From an uncultured Acidobacteriota bacterium (GTDB lineage Bacteria; Acidobacteriota; Thermoanaerobaculia; Gp7-AA8), in the NCBI GenBank assembly GCA_963741955.1, contig CAVUKB010000007.1, forward strand, positions 736,001-800,000: 64,000 nucleotides of DNA, in the 5' to 3' direction. Positions 1-9,874 of this stretch are shown piece by piece; position 1 is the stretch's first letter; every line of letters begins with the position of its first letter. The position numbers were made by a program, and so were the translations under genes. Below the pieces are notes generated by a model. That model was not told the DNA's origin. It saw nothing but the letters and a program-made list of their open reading frames with translations, and ran no database searches.

Positions 1-866
1 TCCACCGGGGGAATCAGGCCCCAGGCGCGGAAGCCGACGCCGCTCGGAAGTATCAGATAGCGCTGGTCGGATCCGTTGAGAAGTGTTTCGTACGAGAAGC
101 GCCCCGTCACGCCGTGCCGGTACGGGAGCTTTCCGGTGATCAGCGAAGCCCAGATCGCCTTCGAACTGGAAGTGCGGAAGGGCTCGATGCGTCCGAAGTA
201 GACGTCGCCGCGATCCTGCGAAAGAAACGGAACCGTTCCTTCGCCGGCCATGGTCAGGATCCAGTCGTACGGAAGATCCTCGATCGCGACGAAGATCACC
301 GGTCGCACGTCGCTGACCGAGATGTCCGCGACGACGACCTCCCGCTCGTCGGGTTGGTAGCGGTCGCGTCGCTGATAGAGGAAGAAGGCGGAGATCGCGA
401 TGAGCGTGCATCCGAGTGCGAAGAGGACATTCGACGTGCGGCGGCTCGCGTTGCGCTCGAAGAGCCAGATCAGGAAGAGGAGGAACGCGGTCACTCCGAG
501 GATCGTGGTGGCCTTGGAGAGAATGCGGACCGCTCCGGGGGGAAGGTAGATCCGCAAAAGAAAGAGGTGACCCCAGTAGACCAGCGCGGAGATGAAAGCC
601 GCCGCGACGATGAATCCGAATCCGTGCGGCTTGAACTCCGCGTTCCGGCCGAACAGCCGCACCCGAAGGATGCGGAAGCCGATCAGAATTCCGCCGAACA
701 GGAGTCCACAGACCACACCGTAAACCAGCGTCACGGTGACCAGCCGCGCGGGTGTGATGTCGATCTGCGGGTTGAGGTAATACAGCAGATGCGCCATGTA
801 GAGGCCGAAGATGGCGCCTGCGAGGAGTCGCTTCAGGTTACCGGGACGGATCTTCATCCGCTGCAT
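1..866 (-). CDS. Membrane-anchored alkaline phosphatase/nucleotide pyrophosphatase superfamily protein (3' end runs out of the window)
   Basis: Not in the ORF track. The minus frame is open from ATG 866 (or 857): MQRMKIRPGNLKRLLAGAIFGLYMAHLL..., several TM helices, then VIFVAIEDLPYDW and WASLITGKLPYRHGV, typical of AlkP-superfamily phosphodiesterases. Confidence 0.7.
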   Translation of the reverse strand, partial: MQRMKIRPGNLKRLLAGAIFGLYMAHLLYYLNPQIDITPARLVTVTLVYGVVCGLLFGGILIGFRILRVRLFGRNAEFKPHGFGFIVAAAFISALVYWGHLFLLRIYLPPGAVRILSKATTILGVTAFLLFLIWLFERNASRRTSNVLFALGCTLIAISAFFLYQRRDRYQPDEREVVVADISVSDVRPVIFVAIEDLPYDWILTMAGEGTVPFLSQDRGDVYFGRIEPFRTSSSKAIWASLITGKLPYRHGVTGRFSYETLLNGSDQRYLILPSGVGFRAWGLIPPV

Positions 867-913
867 AGTCTACCCGCTGTCCCTTCTGCGGGACGGGGGA
901 ACGAGGGGTGGCG

Positions 914-3900
914 ATGATCACGGCCGAAAAGGTCCGCTCCTGTCGGGGAACGCGCGAAGTCGCGGCTCTCTTCCGCGAGCTCGGTTATCCGATCCGGCTC
1001 CAGCCGCTCGATCCCGCTGCGTGGAGGGCGCTCTGGGTCACTCCGCCTGCCGGTCTGCGGGTGAGTCACGCCTGCGGATTCCCGGGATTCGATCTCTACT
1101 TCGTGGAGGGGTCGGGTGAGGACGCTCCGCGATTCGCAGCCGAGATGGTCGGTCGTTTCGCACATCGAAACCGCATTCACAAGACGGTCATCGTCTACAT
1201 CGATGATCGCAGCGACCGCTTTTCGCTTTTCGGTCAGAACTCCCGCGGTCGACTTCGGAGGATCGATTTCCATCCCGACGAATCTCCCTCCGCCATTGCG
1301 GACCGGTTGAACCTCCTGGCCGTCCCGCCGGCCGACGCTGCCTCCGAGCTGCCCCGGATCTTCGATCGGATGATGGACCGGGAAGAGGTCACGGCCCGCT
1401 TCTTCGCCGCGTTCCGGCGCATGGTGGAGAGGCTGACCAGAGCGCTCCGGCTCCGGTGCCCGGGTGAGACGAACGAAGCCGTGGCGGACGAAGCGCTACT
1501 GATTCTTTCGCGGATTCTCTTTCTCTACTTCGTTCAGCAGAAAGGATGGCTGGACGAACGCGGGAGCTTTCTGGTCGACGCTCTGCATTCGGCGATGGCG
1601 GCCGGCACGGAGTTCTACTCCACGGTCCTGGTCCCGCTCTTCTTCGAATGTCTGAACACCCCGCTCGAGGATCGCTCGAGCCGCGCATGCGGGCTCGGAC
1701 GCATCCCGTATCTCAACGGCGGACTCTTCGAACCGTCGCCGTTCGAGCTGCGCAACCGTTCCCTCTCGATTCCGGACGAACTGTTCGTCGATGCCATCGA
1801 AGGGGTGTTCGAGCGGTTCAGCTTCACCATCGAGGAAACCGCTCCCGGAGACGGGAGAATCGATCCGGAGATGCTCGGGCGGGTCTTCGAATCGCTGATG
1901 GAAGGGGCGGAGCGGCTGACCAGCGGGAGCTATTACACTCCGCGTCCGATCGTCGACGCACTGGTGGAGCGCTCGATCGTGGAGTGGCTCTCCGAGGGTG
2001 ACGAGAGCCTGGGTGAAGTTCTGAAGTCGATGCTCGCGGGCGACGTCTGTATGGTCGGCTACGAGCTCGCAGTCGGAGCGCTTGCACGGTTGCGACGGAT
2101 TACGTTGCTCGATCCGGCTTGCGGGTCCGGCGCGTTTCTCCTCTCTGCGCTCTCGGTGATCGAGCGGCTCGTGCGCGCTCTCTCCGCGACCGTAGAGCAA
2201 CCCGTGCCGCCGGAGCTGCGGCGGTCGATCGTGGAGCAGTCGCTCTTCGGAGTCGATCTGAAGAGCCAGGCGGTCCGGCTGTGCGAGCTGCGGCTCTGGC
2301 TCGCGATCGTCGCCGGAACCGATTCCCCGATCGAGAAGGTTCGCCCTCTTCCGAATCTCGACCGGAACATCCGGCAGGGGAACTCACTCCTGAGCCCTCT
2401 CGACTTTCTCGGTGACGCGCGTCGGGAGATCTACCGCGAGTGGTCGTACGCGCTCCGTGCCCAGCGCGAGCTCCTTCTCCGCTACCGTCATGCGCTTCCG
2501 GAGCAGAAGCCGGATCTCGCGAGAATGCTGCGCAGCTGGGATCTCGACCTGGCGAAGGCCCTTCTGCGGAAAGCGGTGGAACGTGATGAAGAGGAGCTCG
2601 CGGCACTCTCCGCTCCTGGACCCGACCTCTTCGGAAATGAGCGGAAGGAGAACAGCTGCGAGAAGAACGCGCTGCTCGCCCGTCTGGACGAGAACCGGCG
2701 CGGGCTGGAGCGCGTCGAGCGGGGAGACCTCTGGTTCTTCTCCTTCGAGCTCCACTTCGCTCCGATCATGGCTGCCGGCGGATTCGACGTGGTGGCGGGC
2801 AATCCTCCCTGGGTGAGGAACAGCCGGATTCCACGCAACGAGAAGCGCTTCTACTCGGAACGATATCGATTCTTCCGACCCTCTCCCGGTCAGCGCGGCT
2901 TCGACCAGACGGATCTGGCGGTGGCATTCGTCGAACGCTCTCTCTCGCTCGCCGCACGCGACGGCGTCGTCTCGCTGCTCGTCCCCTCGAAGGTCCTCGG
3001 CGCCGGCTACGCCGCCGGGATGCGCGCCGTGCTCGCGCGCGATCATTCCATCGTCGCGATCGACGACTGGAGCGCCGATGCGCAGAAGCACTTCGGCGCC
3101 GACACGTTCCCGCTCGGGATCACCGTGCGTACCGCTCCGGGTCCTCATCAGGTCGAGCTCACGTCCGGAGGAGTGCGGGAGCGCATCGACCAGAGCGATC
3201 TCACCATCGAAGGAGGAGAGAGCGCGTGGGTGCTTCTCCCTTCAGCGGTCCGGAAGCTCGCAGTCCGGATCGGCTCCGCTCACTCTCCGATGCGCGAGGT
3301 GCTCCTCCGGAGCCCGGTGATGGGTATCAAGACCGGCGCGAACCGTACGTTCTTTCTGGAGGGGATCGAGATCACTGCGGAAGGACTTCTCCATCGGCCA
3401 TCGAACGTGGTGATCCCTCGCTCGGGGATCGTCCGCTGCGTTCGGGGGCGTGACGTGCGGCGGTGGAAAGCGATGCATTCGACGTGGATGCTCTGGCCTC
3501 CTGCCGAGGGTTGGCCCGACCCCCTCCCGGAATGGATCTCGCGGCTGGGCGAATGGCTCGAGGCCGATCCCCGCTCCCTTCGTCTCGCGTTCGTCCGCCC
3601 GGAGCACATCGGAATCAAGGTCGCATGGCGCGACGTGTCGAGAGGGATGAACGCCGCGGTGCTGCCGGACGTCTCGTCGATCGGAGAGTCGGAGTTTCTC
3701 GTCGTGCCGAACCAGACTCTCTATTCGATCGACGCTTCGAATCTCGAAGAGGCGTACTTCATATCCGCGATTCTGAACTCGAGCGTGTTCGGTGCGCTTG
3801 CAGTGTCGCGAGCCGAGCGCGCGAAGGATTTCCACTTCCGCTATTTCGGCTCGATGATCGGGACGATTCCGATTCCCCGCGTTCCGTCGGGCGACGCGAA

Positions 3901-4057
3901 CTTCTCGGCGCTGGTCCGTCTTGCCCGTCAGGCCCATCGCGGAACGGATGTCGATGCGGACGTCGATGCTCTCGTGGCCCGTCTCTACGGGATCGAGGAG
4001 AGGGAACAGCGGACGCTCGAGCGGTACCTGCAGGAGCGGCTGCGGACGGGCGCGTGA
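914..4057 (+). CDS. Eco57I/type IIG-like N6-adenine DNA methyltransferase with C-terminal target-recognition region
   Basis: YLNGGLF, IDPEMLGRVFESL, GSYYTP, motif I LDPACGSGAFL and motif IV GFDVVAGNPPW. Start is ATG 914 or GTG 908. Confidence 0.9.
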   Translation: MITAEKVRSCRGTREVAALFRELGYPIRLQPLDPAAWRALWVTPPAGLRVSHACGFPGFDLYFVEGSGEDAPRFAAEMVGRFAHRNRIHKTVIVYIDDRSDRFSLFGQNSRGRLRRIDFHPDESPSAIADRLNLLAVPPADAASELPRIFDRMMDREEVTARFFAAFRRMVERLTRALRLRCPGETNEAVADEALLILSRILFLYFVQQKGWLDERGSFLVDALHSAMAAGTEFYSTVLVPLFFECLNTPLEDRSSRACGLGRIPYLNGGLFEPSPFELRNRSLSIPDELFVDAIEGVFERFSFTIEETAPGDGRIDPEMLGRVFESLMEGAERLTSGSYYTPRPIVDALVERSIVEWLSEGDESLGEVLKSMLAGDVCMVGYELAVGALARLRRITLLDPACGSGAFLLSALSVIERLVRALSATVEQPVPPELRRSIVEQSLFGVDLKSQAVRLCELRLWLAIVAGTDSPIEKVRPLPNLDRNIRQGNSLLSPLDFLGDARREIYREWSYALRAQRELLLRYRHALPEQKPDLARMLRSWDLDLAKALLRKAVERDEEELAALSAPGPDLFGNERKENSCEKNALLARLDENRRGLERVERGDLWFFSFELHFAPIMAAGGFDVVAGNPPWVRNSRIPRNEKRFYSERYRFFRPSPGQRGFDQTDLAVAFVERSLSLAARDGVVSLLVPSKVLGAGYAAGMRAVLARDHSIVAIDDWSADAQKHFGADTFPLGITVRTAPGPHQVELTSGGVRERIDQSDLTIEGGESAWVLLPSAVRKLAVRIGSAHSPMREVLLRSPVMGIKTGANRTFFLEGIEITAEGLLHRPSNVVIPRSGIVRCVRGRDVRRWKAMHSTWMLWPPAEGWPDPLPEWISRLGEWLEADPRSLRLAFVRPEHIGIKVAWRDVSRGMNAAVLPDVSSIGESEFLVVPNQTLYSIDASNLEEAYFISAILNSSVFGALAVSRAERAKDFHFRYFGSMIGTIPIPRVPSGDANFSALVRLARQAHRGTDVDADVDALVARLYGIEEREQRTLERYLQERLRTGA

Positions 4058-6105
4058 AGAACGGCGTGAAGAATGGCGAGGAGCTCGCGTCCGTTCTGGA
4101 GCGGTTTCGAGCCGTGAACCCGCCGGGCGATCCGCGGCTCGCGCCTCACCAGCAGTCGGGTGCAGCGCGGGTGCTCGCCCTCCTCCGGTCGTTCGGCGGA
4201 GCGATCCTCGCCGACCTCACCGGGACCGGGAAATCATGGACCGCCGCTGCGGTTGCGAAGCGACTCGCGGAGCGCGGCTTTGCGATCGAGCTGCTCGTCC
4301 CGGCCGCATTGATCCCGCAGTGGAAGGACGTCCTTTCACGTTTCGAGCTTCCGGAGGCGGCGCTCCTCTCGCACGAATCGATCCATCGCCGGGACGCGAG
4401 GATTCCGATTCCCGGCGAGGAGAGGTTTCTGGTCGTGGACGAAGCGCACCGTTTTCGAAATCCGGCGACGCAGCGATACGACGCACTGCAGCGCCGCTCC
4501 ATCGGATGCCGGCTGCTGCTGATGACGGCGACCCCACTCTGCAACCGGCTCGGCGACCTTCACGCGCTGGTGCGTCTGCTGGTTTCCGATTCTCTTCTCG
4601 CCGCGATCGGGATTCCGTCCATCGATGAAGCATTCGCGTCCGCGGATCGAGCTGCGGTCCGGACGATCTTCGAGCTGCTGGCCGTCCGCCGCGGAAGAGA
4701 GTCGCTGGAGGGGGCGGTCGCGCTGCCGGGACTGGCGCGCGAGACCGTCCGAATCCCGATCGCTGCGGATGCTGCGCGGCTCCTGCGCATGGTCGACGGT
4801 CTCGAGCTCCCGATGCTGCGAAACGAGACGGATCGCATCCTGGTGCGGCGTTTCCTCCGTCGACGCTTCGATTCGAGTCCGGCCGCGTTCCGCGATTCGG
4901 TACGCCGGCAGGCGCGGTTCTACCGCCGCGTTCTGGAGATGACGCTCCGCGGTGCGGGAGGCAACCGGCGCCGCTTTCGCGACGTCTTCGGATCCGGCGC
5001 GGCGGAGCTCTTCCAGGATCTTCTCTTTCCGGAGCTCTGGTTCGGGGAGGCGGGAGAGCAGGATCTCGACGTCGACGCGCTGCGGAGAGATCTCCGGATT
5101 CTCGATCGTCTTTCGACTCTCGAGGATGAAACGAAGATCACGCGGCTGCAGGAGATCCTCCTCACTTCCGGTCCCGATCCGGTGCTCGTCTACACCGGCT
5201 CCGTCGCGACGGCCGCCGAGCTCTTCGAGCGGCTCCGGGGAGGGCGGCGGAGCGGAATCGTGACGTCGCATCGCTCCGCGCTCGGAGCACTCCGGGTGCG
5301 CGATCCTGCTGCAGTCTTCACCGCGCTCCAGCGCGGCGAGCTCGATCTCCTGATTCTCACCGATCTCGGCGCTGAGGGATTGAACCTGCAGCGTGCCGCC
5401 CTGGTGGTTCACTATGACCTCCCCTGGAATCCGATGCGACTCGAGCAGCGGAACGGCCGGATCTGCAGGATCGGTCAGAGCCGGCCGCGGGTTCGCGCGG
5501 TGTACTTCATCCCGGACGACTTTCGCAGCTCGCCCGAGTTCGGTGCGATTGCGCGGAAGGAACGCCTGCGGAGCGTGATGGGGAGGAAGGGGGATGTGGC
5601 ATTGCGGGAGCCTGCCGAGCCGCCGCTCCGTGGATCGTTCGCCGCGGACTCGAACCGCCGGGTCGCTCTCGTTGCTTGTGATCTGGGGGACGGCGTACGT
5701 GCGGTCGGGCTCTTCCGCGATGGGATGATCGACTTTTCCGTCCCGGCAGTCGCTGCATCGCTGGACGATCTGCGGATGAAGCGCGAACCGTTCTCTCCGC
5801 TCGCTGCCGAAGCAGATTGTCTCGAGATCGGAGTCCGCACACACCTCGCTCTTCCTCCGTGGCTGCCGCCCGGCGCACCGCAGCAGATGCTCGCGAGACG
5901 GTGCAGAGGAGCGCGCGGAGGACGGCCGCTGTTGCCGCTTCTGGCCATGCGTCACCGGGCCGGAGTCGAGGCGCTGATCCGGGAAATGGCCTCCGAGATC
6001 ATCGACCGGGACCGCCTGACGTGGTTGAGAGAGATCATGGTGTGGGAGCAGTCGATCTCCCCACCGCGAGCGGATCTGAGGATCTTGGTGGTGATCTGGC
6101 TCTGA
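4054..6105 (+). CDS. SNF2-family (SF2) helicase/ATPase
   Basis: Walker A ADLTGTGKS, DEAH, MTATP, EGLNLQ and YDLPWNPMRLEQRNGRICRIG. GTG 4054 overlaps the MTase stop (GTGA). Confidence 0.88.
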   Translation: MKNGVKNGEELASVLERFRAVNPPGDPRLAPHQQSGAARVLALLRSFGGAILADLTGTGKSWTAAAVAKRLAERGFAIELLVPAALIPQWKDVLSRFELPEAALLSHESIHRRDARIPIPGEERFLVVDEAHRFRNPATQRYDALQRRSIGCRLLLMTATPLCNRLGDLHALVRLLVSDSLLAAIGIPSIDEAFASADRAAVRTIFELLAVRRGRESLEGAVALPGLARETVRIPIAADAARLLRMVDGLELPMLRNETDRILVRRFLRRRFDSSPAAFRDSVRRQARFYRRVLEMTLRGAGGNRRRFRDVFGSGAAELFQDLLFPELWFGEAGEQDLDVDALRRDLRILDRLSTLEDETKITRLQEILLTSGPDPVLVYTGSVATAAELFERLRGGRRSGIVTSHRSALGALRVRDPAAVFTALQRGELDLLILTDLGAEGLNLQRAALVVHYDLPWNPMRLEQRNGRICRIGQSRPRVRAVYFIPDDFRSSPEFGAIARKERLRSVMGRKGDVALREPAEPPLRGSFAADSNRRVALVACDLGDGVRAVGLFRDGMIDFSVPAVAASLDDLRMKREPFSPLAAEADCLEIGVRTHLALPPWLPPGAPQQMLARRCRGARGGRPLLPLLAMRHRAGVEALIREMASEIIDRDRLTWLREIMVWEQSISPPRADLRILVVIWL

Positions 6106-6200
6106 GCCGGCAGGATCCGAAGGAAGCATTCGCCCGGTCCAACGGTTCCCTGATCGTGGAAGCCTCTGCCGGAGGCTCTATAATCGGCCCACGGAAGACC

Positions 6201-7610
6201 ATGAAAGAAAAACTCCTCATCGTCGATGACGAGGCATCGCTCCGCGATTTCCTGACGATCGTGTTCGAGCAGGAAGGGTGGCTCGTCGACTCGGCGGAAA
6301 ATCTCGCCACGGCCCGCCGCGCGATGCAGTCGTTCGATCCCGAAGTCGTCCTTTGCGACATGATCATGCCGGACGGCTCGGGGATGGAGCTGCTGCACGA
6401 GATCCGCTCGCAGCGTCCCGAAGTGGCGGTGATCATGATCACCGCCCACACCTCCACCCGCTCCGCGGTGGAAGCGCTCAAGGCGGGGGCGCTCGACTAC
6501 ATCGCGAAGCCGTTCGACGTGGAAGAGCTGAAGATCGTCGTCCACAAGGCGGTGGAGCGTCGGGAGCTGGAAGCGGAGAACGTTCACCTCCGGACTCAGC
6601 TCGAAGGGCGGTTCACTTTCGAGGGGATCATCGGGCGCAGCCGCCGGATGCAGGAGATCTTCACGGTCGTCGAGCGGATCGCGCCGACCGGATCGACCGT
6701 GCTGATCACCGGAGATTCCGGAACCGGGAAGGAGATGATCGCGCGAGCGATTCACCAGAAGTCGGGCCGTTCGGGCCGGTTCGTCTCCATCAACTGCGGC
6801 GCGATGCCGGAAAATCTTCTCGAATCGGAGCTGTTCGGTCACGAGAAGGGCGCTTTCACCGGTGCGATCCGGGACAAGAAGGGGCTCTTCCAGGAGGCGG
6901 AACGGGGAACGATCTTCCTCGACGAGATCGGCGAGATGAGCCCTCCGATGCAGATCAAGCTCCTGCGCGTTCTTCAGGACCGGGTGATCCGCCGGGTCGG
7001 CGGAAACGAAGAGTTTCCGGCCGATGTCCGTGTGATCGCGGCGACCAACAGCGATCTTTTCGAATCGATTCAGAAGGGCTCGTTCCGGGAGGATCTCTTC
7101 TACCGGATCAACGTCATTCCAATCGCGCTCCCATCACTGCGGCAGCGTCGCGAAGACATCGCCATCCTCGCCGACCACTTCATCGCGTCGTACTCGCGCA
7201 GCATGGGCGTTCCGGTCAAGCGGATCTCCGCGGAAGCGATGCGGATCCTCGAGCATTATTCGTGGCCGGGGAACGTGCGCGAGCTGCAGAACGTGATCGA
7301 GAGGGCGGTGGCTCTCGAGTCGTCGGAGATGATCACCACGCGCTCGCTCCCCGAGAACATCGTCAACGACATCAGCCCGACCGCGGCGATGCACGAGCTG
7401 CCGCAGGAAGGTCTCTGTCTGGAGAAGTATCTCGAAGAGATCGGCAAGCACCTGATGCTTCGCGCGCTGGAGCGGACCGGCGGGGTGCAGACGAAGGCGG
7501 CGGAGCTCCTTCGGATGTCGTTCCGGTCGTTCCGTTACTACGCGAAAAAATACGGCCTGGTCACCGGCGGGAACAAGGTGGACACGGCTTTCGGCGGTGG
7601 AAATGAGTAA
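6201..7610 (+). CDS. Sigma-54-dependent response regulator (NtrC/PilR family)
   Basis: Receiver domain (LLIVDDE...D), GDSGTGKE, GAFTGA, WPGNVRELQN and a C-terminal Fis-type HTH. TATAAT at 6179-6184. Confidence 0.93.
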   Translation: MKEKLLIVDDEASLRDFLTIVFEQEGWLVDSAENLATARRAMQSFDPEVVLCDMIMPDGSGMELLHEIRSQRPEVAVIMITAHTSTRSAVEALKAGALDYIAKPFDVEELKIVVHKAVERRELEAENVHLRTQLEGRFTFEGIIGRSRRMQEIFTVVERIAPTGSTVLITGDSGTGKEMIARAIHQKSGRSGRFVSINCGAMPENLLESELFGHEKGAFTGAIRDKKGLFQEAERGTIFLDEIGEMSPPMQIKLLRVLQDRVIRRVGGNEEFPADVRVIAATNSDLFESIQKGSFREDLFYRINVIPIALPSLRQRREDIAILADHFIASYSRSMGVPVKRISAEAMRILEHYSWPGNVRELQNVIERAVALESSEMITTRSLPENIVNDISPTAAMHELPQEGLCLEKYLEEIGKHLMLRALERTGGVQTKAAELLRMSFRSFRYYAKKYGLVTGGNKVDTAFGGGNE

Positions 7611-8136
7611 GTTCGTCGTTCTTGGTGCGATCCTGATCATGGCGGGATGCCAGCAGTTTCCCGGCGGAAAGGCGGAAGCTCCTCCCGCGACGGATGCCGC
7701 GGCTCCGGCGGCCACCACCGCCGCGGGTTCGGGCGGCGGTATCTCGACGCGCCCCGCCGCGATCCTCCCCGACGGATTCCGGGTCTGGATGGAGATTGCC
7801 GCGGACGACCAGTCGCGAGCGGAGGGACTGATGTACCGCGAGAGCGTTCCTGCGGGTTCGGGGATGTTGTTCATGTTTCCGCAGGAGGGGCTCTATCCCT
7901 TCTGGATGAAGAACACCTACGTACCTCTGGACATGATCTGGATGGATTCGTCGGGGCGCGTGGTCGACGTGAAGTCGAACGTCCCACCCTGTCCGGGCGA
8001 TCCCTGTCCCTCGTTCACCCCCGCCGGAACGGCATCTTACGTTCTCGAGCTCGGTGCGGGGGAAGCGTCGAAACACGGCGTGAAGAAGGGCTCCGCGATC
8101 CGGCTGGAGAACGTGGAGCAATACCGGGCGACCTGA
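7603..8136 (+). CDS. DUF192 family lipoprotein
   Basis: Lipobox MAGC; GLMYR, GMLF, FWMKNTYVPLD and VLEL motifs. Confidence 0.88.
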   Translation: MSKFVVLGAILIMAGCQQFPGGKAEAPPATDAAAPAATTAAGSGGGISTRPAAILPDGFRVWMEIAADDQSRAEGLMYRESVPAGSGMLFMFPQEGLYPFWMKNTYVPLDMIWMDSSGRVVDVKSNVPPCPGDPCPSFTPAGTASYVLELGAGEASKHGVKKGSAIRLENVEQYRAT

Positions 8137-8214
8137 TCGCGTTCCCTAACGTGATACGGCGGATGCTCTCCTGGTGGTGAAAAGGTCCGGGACGGGCCAC
8201 GCCGAGGATTCTGA

Positions 8215-9120
8215 ATGGCCAGCCGACGCGAAAATCTCCACTCGATCTACGTTCTCCTCTTTGCGGTGATCGCGTTCTACATCCTGCAGCGTCAGGACGT
8301 GCAACGGTATGCGGAGTTGTTCGCATTCGTCCCGCAGGCGGTGATGCAGGGGGAAGTGTGGCGTCTGGTCACGTTTCAGTTCCTGCAGGGTGGGCTGATC
8401 TTCTTCTTTTTCGAGCTGCTGATCCTCTGGTACATCGGTGTCGTGATCGAGGACGCGTTCGGGACGTTTCACTTCCTGATGCTCTTCGTCGTCTCCTCGC
8501 TCGGCTCTGCCGCAGCGGGATTCGCCCTCGGCGTGCCGCTGCTCGGCGTCCCGGTCTTCACCTACACCACGCTGTTCGTCTTCGCGCACATGCATCCGGA
8601 GCAGGTCTTCTACATCTTCGGGATTCTTCCGATGAAGGTGAAGTGGCTGGCCTGGATCGCGATGGCACTCCTCGGATGGGGCCTGATCCGTTTCTCTCCG
8701 ACCAGTGTCTCCGCCGTCGCGGGCGCGGCGATCGGATTCGGCTGGTACCTGCTGGTCGACCGCAGCGCGATGCGGAGTCTCGTTCCGCGCCGCCAATACC
8801 AGGGCAATACGCCTCTCCCTCCGACCAGGGGCGACGAAGCCATGGCCCGGCGGAATCTCGATCGCTTCGGTCGCATCAGACATGCGATCGAAACGGGGAC
8901 CCGTGAGGAGCGGGAACGGCTGTCACATGAGATCGAGAAGGAGATCGTTCCGGGCGTGAACATCTGTCCTCCCGCGGATTACAAGCCGGAGAACGCGGAT
9001 CAGTACTGCATTCACTGTGAAGGGTTCGCGGAGTGCTCGGTCCGTTATCTGAAGCTCAACGAGCCTGAGGAGCAGCAGCGGGAAGGAGAGTCGGACGAGG
9101 AGAGTGCGGCCTCCGTCTGA
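8215..9120 (+). CDS. Rhomboid-superfamily membrane protein (probably inactive) with Cys-rich C-terminal domain
   Basis: GEVWRLVTFQF motif and several TM helices; C-terminal C-x13-CIHC-x5-C. Confidence 0.7.
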   Translation: MASRRENLHSIYVLLFAVIAFYILQRQDVQRYAELFAFVPQAVMQGEVWRLVTFQFLQGGLIFFFFELLILWYIGVVIEDAFGTFHFLMLFVVSSLGSAAAGFALGVPLLGVPVFTYTTLFVFAHMHPEQVFYIFGILPMKVKWLAWIAMALLGWGLIRFSPTSVSAVAGAAIGFGWYLLVDRSAMRSLVPRRQYQGNTPLPPTRGDEAMARRNLDRFGRIRHAIETGTREERERLSHEIEKEIVPGVNICPPADYKPENADQYCIHCEGFAECSVRYLKLNEPEEQQREGESDEESAASV

Positions 9121-9159
9121 GGGGCCGGTACGCGCCAGCGCGGAAGCGGCGGCATGCGA

Positions 9160-9810
9160 TCACGACTCGGTCGATCCGGGACCGCCGCCGTTCTGACCAC
9201 CGCCGTTGCTCCCGCCGCTGCGCCGTCTGCGGAATCTCCTGCGCCGGCGTTTCTGCTGCTCCGAACCTTCCGTCCGCGCGCCATCCTGTTTCGATTCCGG
9301 AGCGGGGGAAGATGGCGGCGCGCCTTCGGCACCCGGACGCGGCGACGGCCGGGGCCGCGGCTTCTGCTGCTGTTGGGGTTGCCGCTGCTGATTCTGCGGC
9401 TGCTGCGGATTCTGCGGTCCGCTGCGCTTGCGGCGTCTCTGCCGCGCCCGGCGGCTTCGGCCGGTTCCCGGCGCCGGCGCCTGTCCCTCGGGTGTTTCCG
9501 CGGGCTGCGGCGTTCCCTGCGGCTGCGGGCGTCCCGCACCGCGCCCGCGCTGCGGCTGGACCCCGGGCTTGCCTCCGCGTCTCCGCTGATCGCGGCCCTT
9601 CGGCCTCGCTCGTCCCTTCTCGCCCGTCTCGGGGAGGGAGATGCCGCGGGCCGCGAGGCGACGCTTCAGCCGGCCGAGCGACGCGTTCTCCCGCCTTTCC
9701 CGCGTCTCGTCGTATCCGCAGAACGGACATCGCTTCCAACCCTCGGGATACGAGCGGTCGCAGGCTTTGCAGGGGATGCTTTTCGGCAGTGGCATCGGCT
9801 CGGTGCTCAT
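9160..9810 (-). CDS. Hypothetical protein: N-terminal zinc ribbon plus R/Q/P/G-rich disordered tail
   Basis: CKAC...CPFC followed by a low-complexity basic region with RRRRRFRRRR. Confidence 0.55.
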   Translation of the reverse strand: MSTEPMPLPKSIPCKACDRSYPEGWKRCPFCGYDETRERRENASLGRLKRRLAARGISLPETGEKGRARPKGRDQRRRGGKPGVQPQRGRGAGRPQPQGTPQPAETPEGQAPAPGTGRSRRARQRRRKRSGPQNPQQPQNQQRQPQQQQKPRPRPSPRPGAEGAPPSSPAPESKQDGARTEGSEQQKRRRRRFRRRRSGGSNGGGQNGGGPGSTES

Positions 9811-9874
9811 CTCGAAGCTCGAAATTCGAACTTCGAGAACACGAACGCATTCTACACGAGCGGCATTGCAGGCT

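Noticed and set aside
114-917. 267-aa plus-strand ORF
   Set aside because: It is the antisense shadow of the minus-strand membrane phosphodiesterase gene.
3463-4053. N-terminal extension of the 880-aa helicase ORF
   Set aside because: It overlaps the MTase in another frame; the GTGA-coupled start at 4054 fits better.
914-6105. Complete DISARM or BREX system
   Set aside because: No drmA/B/C, pglZ, brxC or brxL genes are adjacent; it is kept only as a two-gene finding.
6108-6132. CAGGATCCGAAGGAAGCA resembles the SRP RNA helix-8 motif
   Set aside because: It lacks the GNRA tetraloop geometry (CC-GGAA-GG) and I could not build the long flanking SRP stem.
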